Virus record (IMG/VR): IMGVR_UViG_3300042483_000317
Location: 434 to 64,433 of that record
Reading direction: 5' to 3' (one strand)
DNA length: 64,000 nucleotides
From: a virus
Lineage: Duplodnaviria; Caudoviricetes
Below, one piece after another: positions 50,893-60,487 of this stretch (position 1 is its first letter; every line of letters begins with the position of its first letter). A program made the position numbers and the translations under genes. The notes beneath the pieces are model-generated. The model was given only the letters and a program-made list of their open reading frames with translations. It made no database searches and was not told the origin of the DNA.

Positions 50893-50923
50893 AAAAAATC
50901 CACATATTTTTGATATGTGGATT
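50893..50923 (-). terminator. Intrinsic terminator after the tail tube gene
   Basis: Stem aatccacatat/atatgtggatt with a U tail on the minus strand. Confidence 0.75.
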
Positions 50924-50949
50924 CTTAAATTTAAATATAAAGTATTAAT

Positions 50950-51438
50950 TTAGTAAACTAATATACATCTATCCATACGTAATACCGCTGATATTGTTGC
51001 TAAAGCATCTGTACTATACGCCAACGAATCAAAGTTAACATCAGATAAGAAAGTCCCCTCTAATATCCATTTTTCAACTACAACACCTGTTGGGTCTAAC
51101 ATCTCAAGGTCAATATTTTTCTTGTACCCCGCAGCATATCCCATACGACCTGTCACTGATTCAGCACATAAACGTACCCACTCCATAAGTGCCTGAGACG
51201 CTGAAGGCCCAATTGGGTCACGAAATTTAACATTTATTGTACCCCAAGTAAAACGACCGGCAACATATGTTTCAGTGTTTAAAAATGGAATCGCAACAGG
51301 ATTAATTGTTATTTTTGGTCTTGCTGCCGATTCTACGAACCATTCATTAATTCCTAATGTTGAAGGAAAACGTAAAATAAACCTATTTTGTCTTTTAGGT
51401 TCGTAAGGTATGGGCATTTTCATTAATAAATCAGCCAT
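50950..51438 (-). CDS. Tail tube protein (T4 gp19-like)
   Basis: YVAGRFTWGTINV..RD, LMEW, YKKNIDLEMLDPTG..VEKWILEG.F. Confidence 0.9.
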   Translation of the reverse strand: MADLLMKMPIPYEPKRQNRFILRFPSTLGINEWFVESAARPKITINPVAIPFLNTETYVAGRFTWGTINVKFRDPIGPSASQALMEWVRLCAESVTGRMGYAAGYKKNIDLEMLDPTGVVVEKWILEGTFLSDVNFDSLAYSTDALATISAVLRMDRCILVY

Positions 51439-51544
51439 TTTGAATTGTTTTTAATTTTATTTTTATTTATCTTTATTTAATAAATATCTCTATTTAAAAA
51501 ATATTTTTCTTGACTTTTATAATTTAATTAATTATCATTATAAT

Positions 51545-51604
51545 CCAGTCTAGTTTATTTAATACTAGTTTTTTTATTCTAGTTTTTTTATTTAATTCTA
51601 TTTT
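51545..51604 (+). repeat. CTAGTT/T-tract direct repeats in an AT-rich intergenic region
   Basis: CTAGTT at 51550, 51565 and 51579; degenerate copies at 51545 and 51598. Confidence 0.55.
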
Positions 51605-51615
51605 AATATAAGTAT

Positions 51616-52434
51616 TTAATATTCTTTTTTTATTCCTCCTGCTGTAGAATAAGTTTTAATAATATTTTCAGGGTCTTTCTCAAAATGTTTCTTTACTACA
51701 TCCACATTTTTTAAGTCGTCATCTGAAAAACCTATTTTTGGGACAAAATAATTATTTATTTTATTTTTTAAAAACGCCTTTTTTTGTATATGTTGAGACA
51801 TTGCTTTAACATATTGAACAAATTCTTTTAACGCTTTAATTTTTCCTTCCTCCGGATTTGTTGCGGAACCTTCTCCATAACTCACAGGATAAAATCTACA
51901 TAAATCTAAATATTCCTTAATCATTTCTTTTTTAGAAACATTATCTTCATCATCTAAATCTCTGTATTTTTCTAAATTTTTTACTAACTCATTTGAATCA
52001 ATACCATTAAGATTTGAAACAATGTAATTATAACAAGCATCTTTAATTACTGATGGTGTATGTCCTCTAGCAGTAACAATTGAAAATATAGACCCATTGT
52101 TAATCGCCTCAACAAAATCAGGCCAAGCAGGTCCCGGTTTTGCTAACATAGAATCAACAATAAATTGTTTATCTCCTTTAACTCCAAAATATCTAAAAGG
52201 TTCGTCTGAAAATCCAACGATTGTGTGACCATCAAATTCAAATGGTTCTTTACCAATTTCTTCTCTATAAGTCGCAAAATCTTCTGTAGACATTCCTACC
52301 TCATCACCATCTTCATCTTTTAATATTATTTTTGTTGGCATTGAAACTATATTATCGTCCCAATCGAACGCGTAATATTTTTCATCCGGAGCACCAAACT
52401 CATCAATACCTTCTACAATTTTATTATTTAACAT
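51616..52434 (-). CDS. HAD-superfamily phosphatase-like protein
   Basis: AFDWDDNI (motif I), IVTARG (II), a conserved Lys, and GFSDDD..N (IV). Confidence 0.75.
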   Translation of the reverse strand: MLNNKIVEGIDEFGAPDEKYYAFDWDDNIVSMPTKIILKDEDGDEVGMSTEDFATYREEIGKEPFEFDGHTIVGFSDEPFRYFGVKGDKQFIVDSMLAKPGPAWPDFVEAINNGSIFSIVTARGHTPSVIKDACYNYIVSNLNGIDSNELVKNLEKYRDLDDEDNVSKKEMIKEYLDLCRFYPVSYGEGSATNPEEGKIKALKEFVQYVKAMSQHIQKKAFLKNKINNYFVPKIGFSDDDLKNVDVVKKHFEKDPENIIKTYSTAGGIKKEY

Positions 52435-52451
52435 AATTTATTATTTGGCTT

Positions 52452-52489
52452 AATTATGACCCACTATTACAATGGGTCATAATTTTTTT
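52452..52489. terminator. Hairpin after the sheath gene (terminator or stabiliser)
   Basis: 12-bp stem aattatgaccca/tgggtcataatt; the T run is on the + side. Confidence 0.6.
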
Positions 52490-52490
52490 A

Positions 52491-55400
52491 TTATATATTC
52501 TCGAAAGAAGCTCCTGTTGGAGTAATATAGAACGTAATGTCTATAAATTCTAACGATTTGGTTGGTTTGATATAAATCTTACCTGTCATTTGATTTCTGT
52601 CTAAATCAGCTGCGTCTGACGAAACTGTTACACGGAAATCATAAAGACCTCTATCTCTTCTTATAGAGTCTAATATTGGGTTAACTGAATCCAAGAAGTC
52701 TTGTCTTACTTTAGCATCGTTTTGTTCAAATAATAATCTAACAGAAACTGCTGATATTAATTTACGTGCTTGAAGTAATAATCTTCTTACGTTGATTCTG
52801 TCAAGAGCTGATTGTCTAACTTGAAGAGTTTTATTACCCCAAATTACAGTTCCAACATCAGAGAACGTTGCGATTGGATTTAAACGACCTTGATATAGAG
52901 TATCTCTATTTTCTTGTGTCAATTTAACTCTCGCTTTAACCGCGTTTACAATACCTCTTGTATAACCCGCCGCAGCGAACCATGGGAAAGCAATGTTATC
53001 TGTTAACGCTAAGTTTCTTGTTACCTCAGCAGTTGCCGGTAAGTAAATTTGAGTATTGTTAACAGTATCTCTCATTAATACCCAAGGGTAGTAAGTTGCT
53101 GTATAGTTAGAGTCAATACCTGAATTTGCCAAATTATCTACCGCCTCTTGTGGGTAAATAAAATCTAATTGATTACCTGTTGATGGAACGTACATATTGT
53201 AGTCAGGAGTTGTACATACGTACAATGAATCCGCTCTACTATATTCAATCATATCAATAGCACTTTCAACTAAATTAGAGTTGTTAACATAATCAACACC
53301 AGGTGTTACAAATACGTTAATATTTACCGCTTCAGGATTTGCAAATGTTTGTTGTCCTAATAAGTAAGCATAAAAATCGGTGTTAGCCCAATCTTGAGTA
53401 TTACCCGCGACAATAATTTGTTTAAATGCTCCCCAACCTGACGCTGTAGGATATTTGATAGTAGGACAGGCACCTTTTAAGTAACCTCGTCTACCTAACA
53501 TAAATTGGTCAGTATTAGTTCTAAATTCTCTATAGATATCCCATCCATCAAAACCACCTCTTACCAAGAATGAAAATTTACGTGCGTAAATTCTATAGTA
53601 AGGGTTAAGTTCACTATCAGGGTCGGATGTAAACGGTGCATCACCACAAAAGAACGCTGGTGTTCCACTTGTTACGAATACATTAGGAATTGTAATACCA
53701 CTTGCATTTATATCCATATGGAAACCTCTTGTTCTAAAGTTCCAAGGTAATCCTTCAGTGTCATTACAAATGTCTAAAGGAAGTTGAGTACCTCTATATT
53801 GGAAGAAGTCCACATCAATACCTTCAGTATCTGAAATACCTAAATAAGTTCTTCTAACATTATCTCCCGGACTTGTAGTTGCGTCATCAGCACCTGATGC
53901 CAATCCAAATGGAGGGTTATAAACAACCTCACCAGGATAGTAGTATTTAGATTTAATTAATGGGAATGGTGGTCTTACACCAGCATATTCTCTATAATCA
54001 TACCCCAAGAATCCACAAGGAAGAGCGTCTATCGGAGCATCCTCATTCATCTCAACCATAACATAACTTGACAATAAAGGATATTCACCGTCTAAACTAC
54101 CAATTTTCTTACCAATAAATGAATTATCTTGAGGATTCATTGTACAGTTAGTATATTTTTCAAGAACAACCGGAGCTGAATCAGTATCAAAGAAATCTCT
54201 AATGAATACATCAAAAGTACCATTGTTAAATGACATATTTGCTAACGATATTTTAATATCAATGTTAGCAGAATCACCATCCGCAATTGTTGTAAATTTA
54301 AATAAATTATACACTTTATTACCTCTTAATTCAGACACAACCCACGGAGATACCGGTGATTGGTATTTTTCTAAATAAAACGCTATCGATGTTGGGTCTT
54401 TTGCTTGTCTAGCGTCCGGTAAAGCTGTTAATTCACAATTTAAACCTCTAATATAACCCATTCTCCAAGCGTTTGTTAATAATGCTTGAAATCTTTCTTC
54501 AACAAATAACGGAACTACTGTTCTTGGTTTTGAGAAGTTAGTTGAACCAAATACTTTACTTATGTATTTTGAATCAGAATTAGAGAATGATGTTTCAAAG
54601 AAATATTGGTCACCGTCTTTACTTGTTATATTAACACCAAATGTTGAAAATGGATTTTTAGTAACACCTGAATATGTACCTGTACAATCTAAAGTAACCG
54701 CAGAACCATCAAAATTACCATAACCATCAACACCACCTGGTACCTCATAAACAGGGCCATCATCAAGACCATAAGTTGATAAACCTCTTGAACGAAGTGT
54801 TGCAATTACTAAATCATCATAATCCGTATATGCGGTTCCCGAATAAACGTATATCACCCCAATCAATGTACCTGTATAACAATTAACCGGTTTTGCCGTT
54901 GTTGTTGAAGTAGTTGATGTTGAAGTAGTTGTTGTACAAGGGTTTGTAGTTGTAGTCGTAGTTGACGTTGATGTTGTTGTTGTAATAATAGGTGTTAATG
55001 TTAATCCTGTTACAACTGACCAAAATGAATAACCTGTGTAAACAGCGTTACCAACATTATCAAATAATGAATAATACCAAGGGTCATTTTGTGGTGCAGA
55101 ATAATTACATAAGTTAGCACTTACATTATCAACTTCATAAACATTTGTTTCACCTGTATATACAGAACTTAACCCTGAATAAACACTAGTTGGAATTGCT
55201 CCATAATAATAAATTGAAGTATCTTCTTTAGCCGGTGTTGAAACAATATCAAAAATTTGTTTAGTCATATCTATATATAATGAACTTGTAGAACCATCAA
55301 ATTGTTCGTAAGGTTCGTATAATATTGTAGATATTTCTGCCGGTAAGTTAGATGTGTTTGTAAATGATATACTATCAACACTATTAGTACACGCTGAGAA

Positions 55401-55844
55401 TTCAACAGAATAGTTTATAGTTTTAAAGTCTATACATTCAATAACACAATCAACTGTAGTTGCACTTTCACAAAAGAAATCTACCGTTGTTGGGTTAACA
55501 TTTGCTTTTGTAGTTATAGACCAAGATGGTCCTGCATCATAACCAGATAATCCTAACACTCTCGTTACGAATAATTGGTTAGATTGTTGTAAGTATGATT
55601 TGGCGATATAAGCCGCTTCGTACTTTGGAATTTGCGTATTTATAAATTTTTCTGGAGAAGTTCCACCGAAGAAATTTGTGAATTCATCAAAATTTCGTAT
55701 AAAGATAGGTTCGAAAGCGGGACCTTTTAAGGTCTCACCCACAATACCCAACGTGGTAACTCCCACACTTTGTGCTACGAAACTTAAATCAACTTCAGAA
55801 GTATATACTCCGGGAGATACGAATACTTTTTGATTTGATGCCAT
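52491..55844 (-). CDS. Contractile tail sheath protein (T4 gp18-like) with a Cys/Thr-rich insertion
   Basis: FVSPGVYTSEVDLS, GPAFEP, TYYPWV, PWFAAAG..RG, WGNKTL and RINVRRL. Start placed at MASNQK (55844). Confidence 0.95.
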   Translation of the reverse strand: MASNQKVFVSPGVYTSEVDLSFVAQSVGVTTLGIVGETLKGPAFEPIFIRNFDEFTNFFGGTSPEKFINTQIPKYEAAYIAKSYLQQSNQLFVTRVLGLSGYDAGPSWSITTKANVNPTTVDFFCESATTVDCVIECIDFKTINYSVEFSACTNSVDSISFTNTSNLPAEISTILYEPYEQFDGSTSSLYIDMTKQIFDIVSTPAKEDTSIYYYGAIPTSVYSGLSSVYTGETNVYEVDNVSANLCNYSAPQNDPWYYSLFDNVGNAVYTGYSFWSVVTGLTLTPIITTTTSTSTTTTTTNPCTTTTSTSTTSTTTAKPVNCYTGTLIGVIYVYSGTAYTDYDDLVIATLRSRGLSTYGLDDGPVYEVPGGVDGYGNFDGSAVTLDCTGTYSGVTKNPFSTFGVNITSKDGDQYFFETSFSNSDSKYISKVFGSTNFSKPRTVVPLFVEERFQALLTNAWRMGYIRGLNCELTALPDARQAKDPTSIAFYLEKYQSPVSPWVVSELRGNKVYNLFKFTTIADGDSANIDIKISLANMSFNNGTFDVFIRDFFDTDSAPVVLEKYTNCTMNPQDNSFIGKKIGSLDGEYPLLSSYVMVEMNEDAPIDALPCGFLGYDYREYAGVRPPFPLIKSKYYYPGEVVYNPPFGLASGADDATTSPGDNVRRTYLGISDTEGIDVDFFQYRGTQLPLDICNDTEGLPWNFRTRGFHMDINASGITIPNVFVTSGTPAFFCGDAPFTSDPDSELNPYYRIYARKFSFLVRGGFDGWDIYREFRTNTDQFMLGRRGYLKGACPTIKYPTASGWGAFKQIIVAGNTQDWANTDFYAYLLGQQTFANPEAVNINVFVTPGVDYVNNSNLVESAIDMIEYSRADSLYVCTTPDYNMYVPSTGNQLDFIYPQEAVDNLANSGIDSNYTATYYPWVLMRDTVNNTQIYLPATAEVTRNLALTDNIAFPWFAAAGYTRGIVNAVKARVKLTQENRDTLYQGRLNPIATFSDVGTVIWGNKTLQVRQSALDRINVRRLLLQARKLISAVSVRLLFEQNDAKVRQDFLDSVNPILDSIRRDRGLYDFRVTVSSDAADLDRNQMTGKIYIKPTKSLEFIDITFYITPTGASFENI

Positions 55845-55938
55845 TAGTTTGTCTTTTTTATTTGTAAATTTATTTTTATTGATAAATATTATAAAAAAAA
55901 CCAAAATACTTTACTTCATAAGAAGTATTTATAAATTA

Positions 55939-55976
55939 GGTAGAATAAATTCTGCCTTTATTCTACCATGGCAGAT
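55939..55976. promoter_or_regulatory. Operator-like array or hairpin at the RHH gene start
   Basis: Perfect 11-bp inverted repeat ggtagaataaa/tttattctacc; four GGYAGAW boxes. Confidence 0.6.
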
Positions 55977-56132
55977 AACGAAAAAAAGATAAAGAACCTA
56001 AAGATATCAATTGAGACTCACAACATCCTAAAGACCTATTGTGAAAAGAGGGGTATTAAAATGTATCGGTTTTTAGAAAGAATGATTGTTGAGAAATGTA
56101 AAGAAAAGAAGGATATATACGGTGAGGATTAA
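55968..56132 (+). CDS. Unannotated 54-aa ribbon-helix-helix DNA-binding protein
   Basis: MADNEKKIKNLKISIETHNILKTYCEKRGIKMYRFLERMIVEKCKEKKDIYGED: strand KNLKI, helix, G turn, helix. Confidence 0.75.
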   Translation: MADNEKKIKNLKISIETHNILKTYCEKRGIKMYRFLERMIVEKCKEKKDIYGED

Positions 56133-57166
56133 ACTAATTGGTTTTCTAACACTATAGAACCCTCTTGGGTGTCATCAACTTTAACTACAGTAATCTTTAA
56201 AACATCATTAGTATTGATTTGTATTTGATATAAATCAGACCCATAATATTGGTTATTAATGTACACATCAAACGAATCAATATTAGAAGTTTCCCCTAAA
56301 TTTAAATCAACAGTATAGTCAAAAACTTGTGAAATAATATTGTTTCCAACAACAAATAAAATATTTGTAGAGGTCCCTTCGTCTGTAATATTTTTTCTTC
56401 TACCTCGCATAAAAGATTCTTTCTCAAATTCAATAACCGTTAAAACTCTTGAAACTGCGGGAGCAACTTCAAATTCATTCTCATCAATTAGAAAACCTAA
56501 CATAGTAAAATCATAACTTTGAATATAATATTTTCTTTTATCAATATTCATTACAGATTCATCTGTAAGATTATTCATAATGATTGGAATATAATGACCT
56601 TTGATTGTTGTGTAAGCTTGACGAGAGGCAAACATTTCAAGAATATTTTTATTCAAGGCGTTTAATTCCCTCATTCTATTACAAATAATTTTAACACTAT
56701 ATGTAATATCAACAGGAACAGGTTGAGGTATTTTGTAAATATCCATACCATTTCTATTACCATCCCAAGTGGGCACTTGAGCGTAAAAATATTGTTTTCT
56801 ATTTGGTATATTATAAAGTAAAGCAGGATTAGTTCCAAACTTAACTTCCGGATTTCTAACTACAGTTATAAATGGGGGTGATACATTTGAATCCAAATCT
56901 TGAAAGTTCCAAGTTTCTGTGAATTGTGACCAGTTTTGTGTTGTTATAATAATATCGACCATTGGAATTACCTGACCATCAATTATTGTTTGTAATTCAT
57001 TTTGAACAAAATTTAACATACCCCCATCCAAATCGGCATGCAAAATGGATTTAGGTAAATAAGTTCCGTCTTTATTAATTTTTTCCAATAATTGTTCTCT
57101 TCTTGGGTAAAGAGTTTTTGGAAATGTTAACGGTATTGTTTTCTTTATTTTGTTAGGTAAACCCAT
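56129..57166 (-). CDS. Tail terminator / sheath stabiliser (T4 gp15-like)
   Basis: PPFITVVR, IPQPVPVDITYSVKI and YDFTMLGFL; lies between the neck and sheath genes. Confidence 0.65.
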   Translation of the reverse strand: MGLPNKIKKTIPLTFPKTLYPRREQLLEKINKDGTYLPKSILHADLDGGMLNFVQNELQTIIDGQVIPMVDIIITTQNWSQFTETWNFQDLDSNVSPPFITVVRNPEVKFGTNPALLYNIPNRKQYFYAQVPTWDGNRNGMDIYKIPQPVPVDITYSVKIICNRMRELNALNKNILEMFASRQAYTTIKGHYIPIIMNNLTDESVMNIDKRKYYIQSYDFTMLGFLIDENEFEVAPAVSRVLTVIEFEKESFMRGRRKNITDEGTSTNILFVVGNNIISQVFDYTVDLNLGETSNIDSFDVYINNQYYGSDLYQIQINTNDVLKITVVKVDDTQEGSIVLENQLV

Positions 57167-57167
57167 T

Positions 57168-57704
57168 TTATTGTTTTGTTATAAATATTTTGTTTCTTAA
57201 ATTTATCAATTCTACTTCACCGGCACGGTATATTGGTTCTTCGGTGTCTTTTATAACATAAGAATTATATTTGTATGGGTTATAGGTCACTATATCACTA
57301 TTTGGTTCACTTGGTAAGTTTTCACAAGGATATTTACAATAATCCATTAATGTTCCAATTACAAATGAATGAACATTTTTACTTTTTTCTCTAACTACTT
57401 TTTCTCTACCCCCTTGTCTAACTCTGAATTCAACATCAGATAATTTAACATAGTCGGCATGAGTAATAACTCTTCCACCATAGGTTACTGAAAAGGTGTG
57501 TTTGTGTAAGTTATAATAAACCATAACTTTATCACCAATATTTTTTTTCTCCTCATTATCGTGACCACACTTGTGACAGATATAAGGGTCGTTTCCACCA
57601 TCGGCTAAAGCCCAAGACCAACCACACTCATCACAAATCACTTCGGTGTCGGTAATGGTTTCTAATAGTCTTCTATATTGACTTTCATTAATTTTAATTT
57701 TCAT
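57168..57704 (-). CDS. Phage protein with a KINESQ leader, zinc ribbon and a VYYNLHK/KNVH domain
   Basis: CDECG...CHKCG; VYYNLHK..FSV, GREKV..E..KNVH and YNPY. Confidence 0.65.
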   Translation of the reverse strand: MKIKINESQYRRLLETITDTEVICDECGWSWALADGGNDPYICHKCGHDNEEKKNIGDKVMVYYNLHKHTFSVTYGGRVITHADYVKLSDVEFRVRQGGREKVVREKSKNVHSFVIGTLMDYCKYPCENLPSEPNSDIVTYNPYKYNSYVIKDTEEPIYRAGEVELINLRNKIFITKQ

Positions 57705-58107
57705 AATCGTAATATGCGGTTACGGTTTTAACCGGTAAATTAAACTTATCTTGAAACCATTTTTTCATAGGTTCTGCCCAATGTCCTTCAAACATTTCAT
57801 CTAAATGTTCCGCGTGCTCACCAATAACTTCTAAAATTGGAGCTTTATCTCTAAAAGGTTTATGTGATGGTTCAGTACTATAATAATCAACATCAAAATA
57901 ATAAAAAATAATATCAGTATCATAATTACCTTGATAATCACCTTCAAAGAACATTAAAAAGTTTTCGTTTTCTCTATCAATATCTGGATATCCATCTTCA
58001 TCTTCATCCACACCATAAACCCAATCCATTTTATTTGAATTAAATGTTTTATCAATATAGTTATATATTGAATTGAATAGTTTATTTTCTGTTATTTTGA
58101 CTTTCAT
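57694..58107 (-). CDS. Acidic hypothetical protein with an MKVKITE leader
   Basis: 137-aa ORF coupled to both neighbours. Confidence 0.6.
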   Translation of the reverse strand: MKVKITENKLFNSIYNYIDKTFNSNKMDWVYGVDEDEDGYPDIDRENENFLMFFEGDYQGNYDTDIIFYYFDVDYYSTEPSHKPFRDKAPILEVIGEHAEHLDEMFEGHWAEPMKKWFQDKFNLPVKTVTAYYDYEN

Positions 58108-58622
58108 TATAATCCTCTAAATTCGTTATCCGTCACCGGAGTTGCTATATATGATTTATAAAATGGTTTATAACCGGCATATGTATGTTTATTATCTGAA
58201 TTAATTCTTCCGTCATCGCTAACCACGTAATATCTAACTTTTGTTTCTGTTTCATAATAACCAATGTAATCCCCATAATTAATTTGAATTCCTAAATCGT
58301 TAAGTTGAGCTGCGTAAATTGCAAATTTCATATTACCAGGTTCTGATTGTACAATTTTAGAATTACCCAAAAATTTATTTTCAGGTGGAAGTATCTGAAC
58401 ATAAGCTTTAAACTCTATTGGTGGTAAATATTTTATACCATCAGTCATCACCTCACCATATACATCGTCTGTTTTGGTTTTTAATCTATCTATCTTATAT
58501 AGTACTAACGTAAAGTTCATATCACCATATAACCATTCCTCTCCCATAGAGATGTCTAAATTGTAATCCTCCGCTCCGAAGAATTTACCTATCCTTGTTA
58601 TTGGTACTAAATTTCTACTCAT
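58107..58622 (-). CDS. Head-closure / neck protein (gp14-like)
   Basis: LYKID...DDVYGE...PIEF...GDYI pattern; synteny with the tail terminator; late motif upstream. Confidence 0.55.
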   Translation of the reverse strand: MSRNLVPITRIGKFFGAEDYNLDISMGEEWLYGDMNFTLVLYKIDRLKTKTDDVYGEVMTDGIKYLPPIEFKAYVQILPPENKFLGNSKIVQSEPGNMKFAIYAAQLNDLGIQINYGDYIGYYETETKVRYYVVSDDGRINSDNKHTYAGYKPFYKSYIATPVTDNEFRGL

Positions 58623-58670
58623 ATTGATAAATATTAAATAATTTATTATATTTCTATTAAAAGATTAAAT

Positions 58671-60446
58671 TTGGAAAACAATACATCTGAAAATAGTAAT
58701 CTTACGTTAGAACAACGTGCGTTAACTCTCCTTGATACTTACGAGGGGGCAAATAACTATATCCTTAAGTTAAAATATCAAAAAGATACGAATAAAAAGT
58801 TTTATCCTACTCGAGCACAATCTGATTATATTATAAATTATTACGAAGTCACACCAAAGGTAGCCAAAAAAATGGTTGATTTAGACCCTTACTTTGCTAA
58901 AAAAATTGCCGACGAAAAATTACTAACCACAATTCCTGAACAAATATGGGTTGAAAAGCTATTAGTTGAGAAAGATAAAGCCTATCATGTTTGGGGAAAA
59001 GTATTAGACAATGAAACTATCCACGATTTTTGGCTACCAAAAGGTGCTTTGATTAAAACACACACAATAAAAGATGTTAAAATAGATTATTCAAAATATA
59101 GTCATAGACCACCTCTTGAACATCAACCAATAGCTATTGAAAAATTAGTGGGGTCAAAACGATTTATATTAGCCGATGATATGGGTCTTGGTAAGACAAC
59201 TATTACTGTTATTGCCGCATTAGAAAGTGGTGCTAAAAAAATATTAATTGTTTGTCCGGCATCTCTGAAGATTAACTGGCAAAGAGAAATATCCAACTAC
59301 ACCGATAGAAGTGTTTATATTGCTGAAGGTAAAAACTTTTCAATTGAACACGATTTTGTGATTGTTAATTACGACATTCTTAAAAACTTCTACGATTTAA
59401 AAGACAAAGAAAATTCATTAATTACTCAAGGAAACTTTGACCTTATTATTTTAGATGAGGCCCATTATGTGAGTAATGGTCAAGCGGCAAGAACAAAATT
59501 GGTTAATAGTTTCTGTAAAAAAGTTGATAAACTTTGGTTATTAACCGGAACACCTATGACCAATAGACCGATGAACTACTTTAATCTATTGGCGTTAATT
59601 GAAAGTCCTGTTGCACAGAATTGGATGGCTTACGCTATTAGATATTGTCAAGGGTATCAATTCACCGCAGGAAACCGTAAAATATGGAATGTTACGGGAG
59701 CGTCAAATTTGGAAGAATTAAGAGACCGAACATCAAGACAAGTATTAAGAAGACTTAAAACTGATGTATTAGATTTACCTGAAAAAATAATTACACCAAT
59801 ATATTTGAGATTAAAATCTAAAATGTATGAAGGTTTAATGGGTGAGTATTATGATTGGTATGATAAGAATCCGGATGAAAGTACATCATTAACGGTTCAG
59901 TTCAGTAAACTAATGAAAGTTCGTCAAGTAATTGCCGAAGAAAAAATAAAAGACACCATTGAACTTGCGGAAAACATCATAGAACAAGGTAAGAAAGTTA
60001 TTATTTTTACTAACTTCACTGATACCCTAAATAAAATTACAGAACACTTTGGTAAATCTGCGGTTAAATTAGATGGTTCAACGGCAAAACCTCAACGACA
60101 ATATGCTGTTGACCAATTTCAAGAAAATGAAAAAATTACAGTATTTGTTGGAAATGTTAAAGCCGCAGGTGTCGGTATTACATTGACCGCCGCTGAAGCC
60201 GTAATAATCAATGACCTATCATTTGTTCCGGGTGATTTGGCTCAAGCTGAAGACAGAGCATACAGATATGGACAAAAAAATTCAGTATCGGTTTACTATC
60301 CAATATTTGATAATTCAATAGAAGGAATCATTTATGACATGGTTAATATGAAAAAACAAAATATTGGAACCGTAATGGGAGACAACATTGGTGAGAGTGG
60401 TGACTTCATTGAAGAACTTATGAATAAAATCAACACTCGAAGATAA
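58671..60446 (+). CDS. SNF2-family helicase (SMARCAL1/HARP-like)
   Basis: LADDMGLGKT, VCPASL, LDEAH, LTGTP, GVGITLT and QAEDRAYRYGQ; TTG start. Confidence 0.92.
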   Translation: MENNTSENSNLTLEQRALTLLDTYEGANNYILKLKYQKDTNKKFYPTRAQSDYIINYYEVTPKVAKKMVDLDPYFAKKIADEKLLTTIPEQIWVEKLLVEKDKAYHVWGKVLDNETIHDFWLPKGALIKTHTIKDVKIDYSKYSHRPPLEHQPIAIEKLVGSKRFILADDMGLGKTTITVIAALESGAKKILIVCPASLKINWQREISNYTDRSVYIAEGKNFSIEHDFVIVNYDILKNFYDLKDKENSLITQGNFDLIILDEAHYVSNGQAARTKLVNSFCKKVDKLWLLTGTPMTNRPMNYFNLLALIESPVAQNWMAYAIRYCQGYQFTAGNRKIWNVTGASNLEELRDRTSRQVLRRLKTDVLDLPEKIITPIYLRLKSKMYEGLMGEYYDWYDKNPDESTSLTVQFSKLMKVRQVIAEEKIKDTIELAENIIEQGKKVIIFTNFTDTLNKITEHFGKSAVKLDGSTAKPQRQYAVDQFQENEKITVFVGNVKAAGVGITLTAAEAVIINDLSFVPGDLAQAEDRAYRYGQKNSVSVYYPIFDNSIEGIIYDMVNMKKQNIGTVMGDNIGESGDFIEELMNKINTRR

Positions 60447-60487
60447 TTGGTTTGTTGAGATATTTATAGAAATAAATAACAAGCCTA

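Noticed and set aside
24107-55844. Bacterial contractile injection system (eCIS, T6SS or tailocin)
   Set aside because: Neck genes and interleaved phage replication genes indicate a phage genome.
55845-55904. Longer sheath start given in the ORF track
   Set aside because: The extension overlaps the late motif, and the conserved SPGVY lies just after the Met at 55844.
55939-55975. H-type pseudoknot over the RHH start codon
   Set aside because: Only 2 nt are available to span an 11-bp stem, which is sterically implausible; kept as an operator array or alternative fold.
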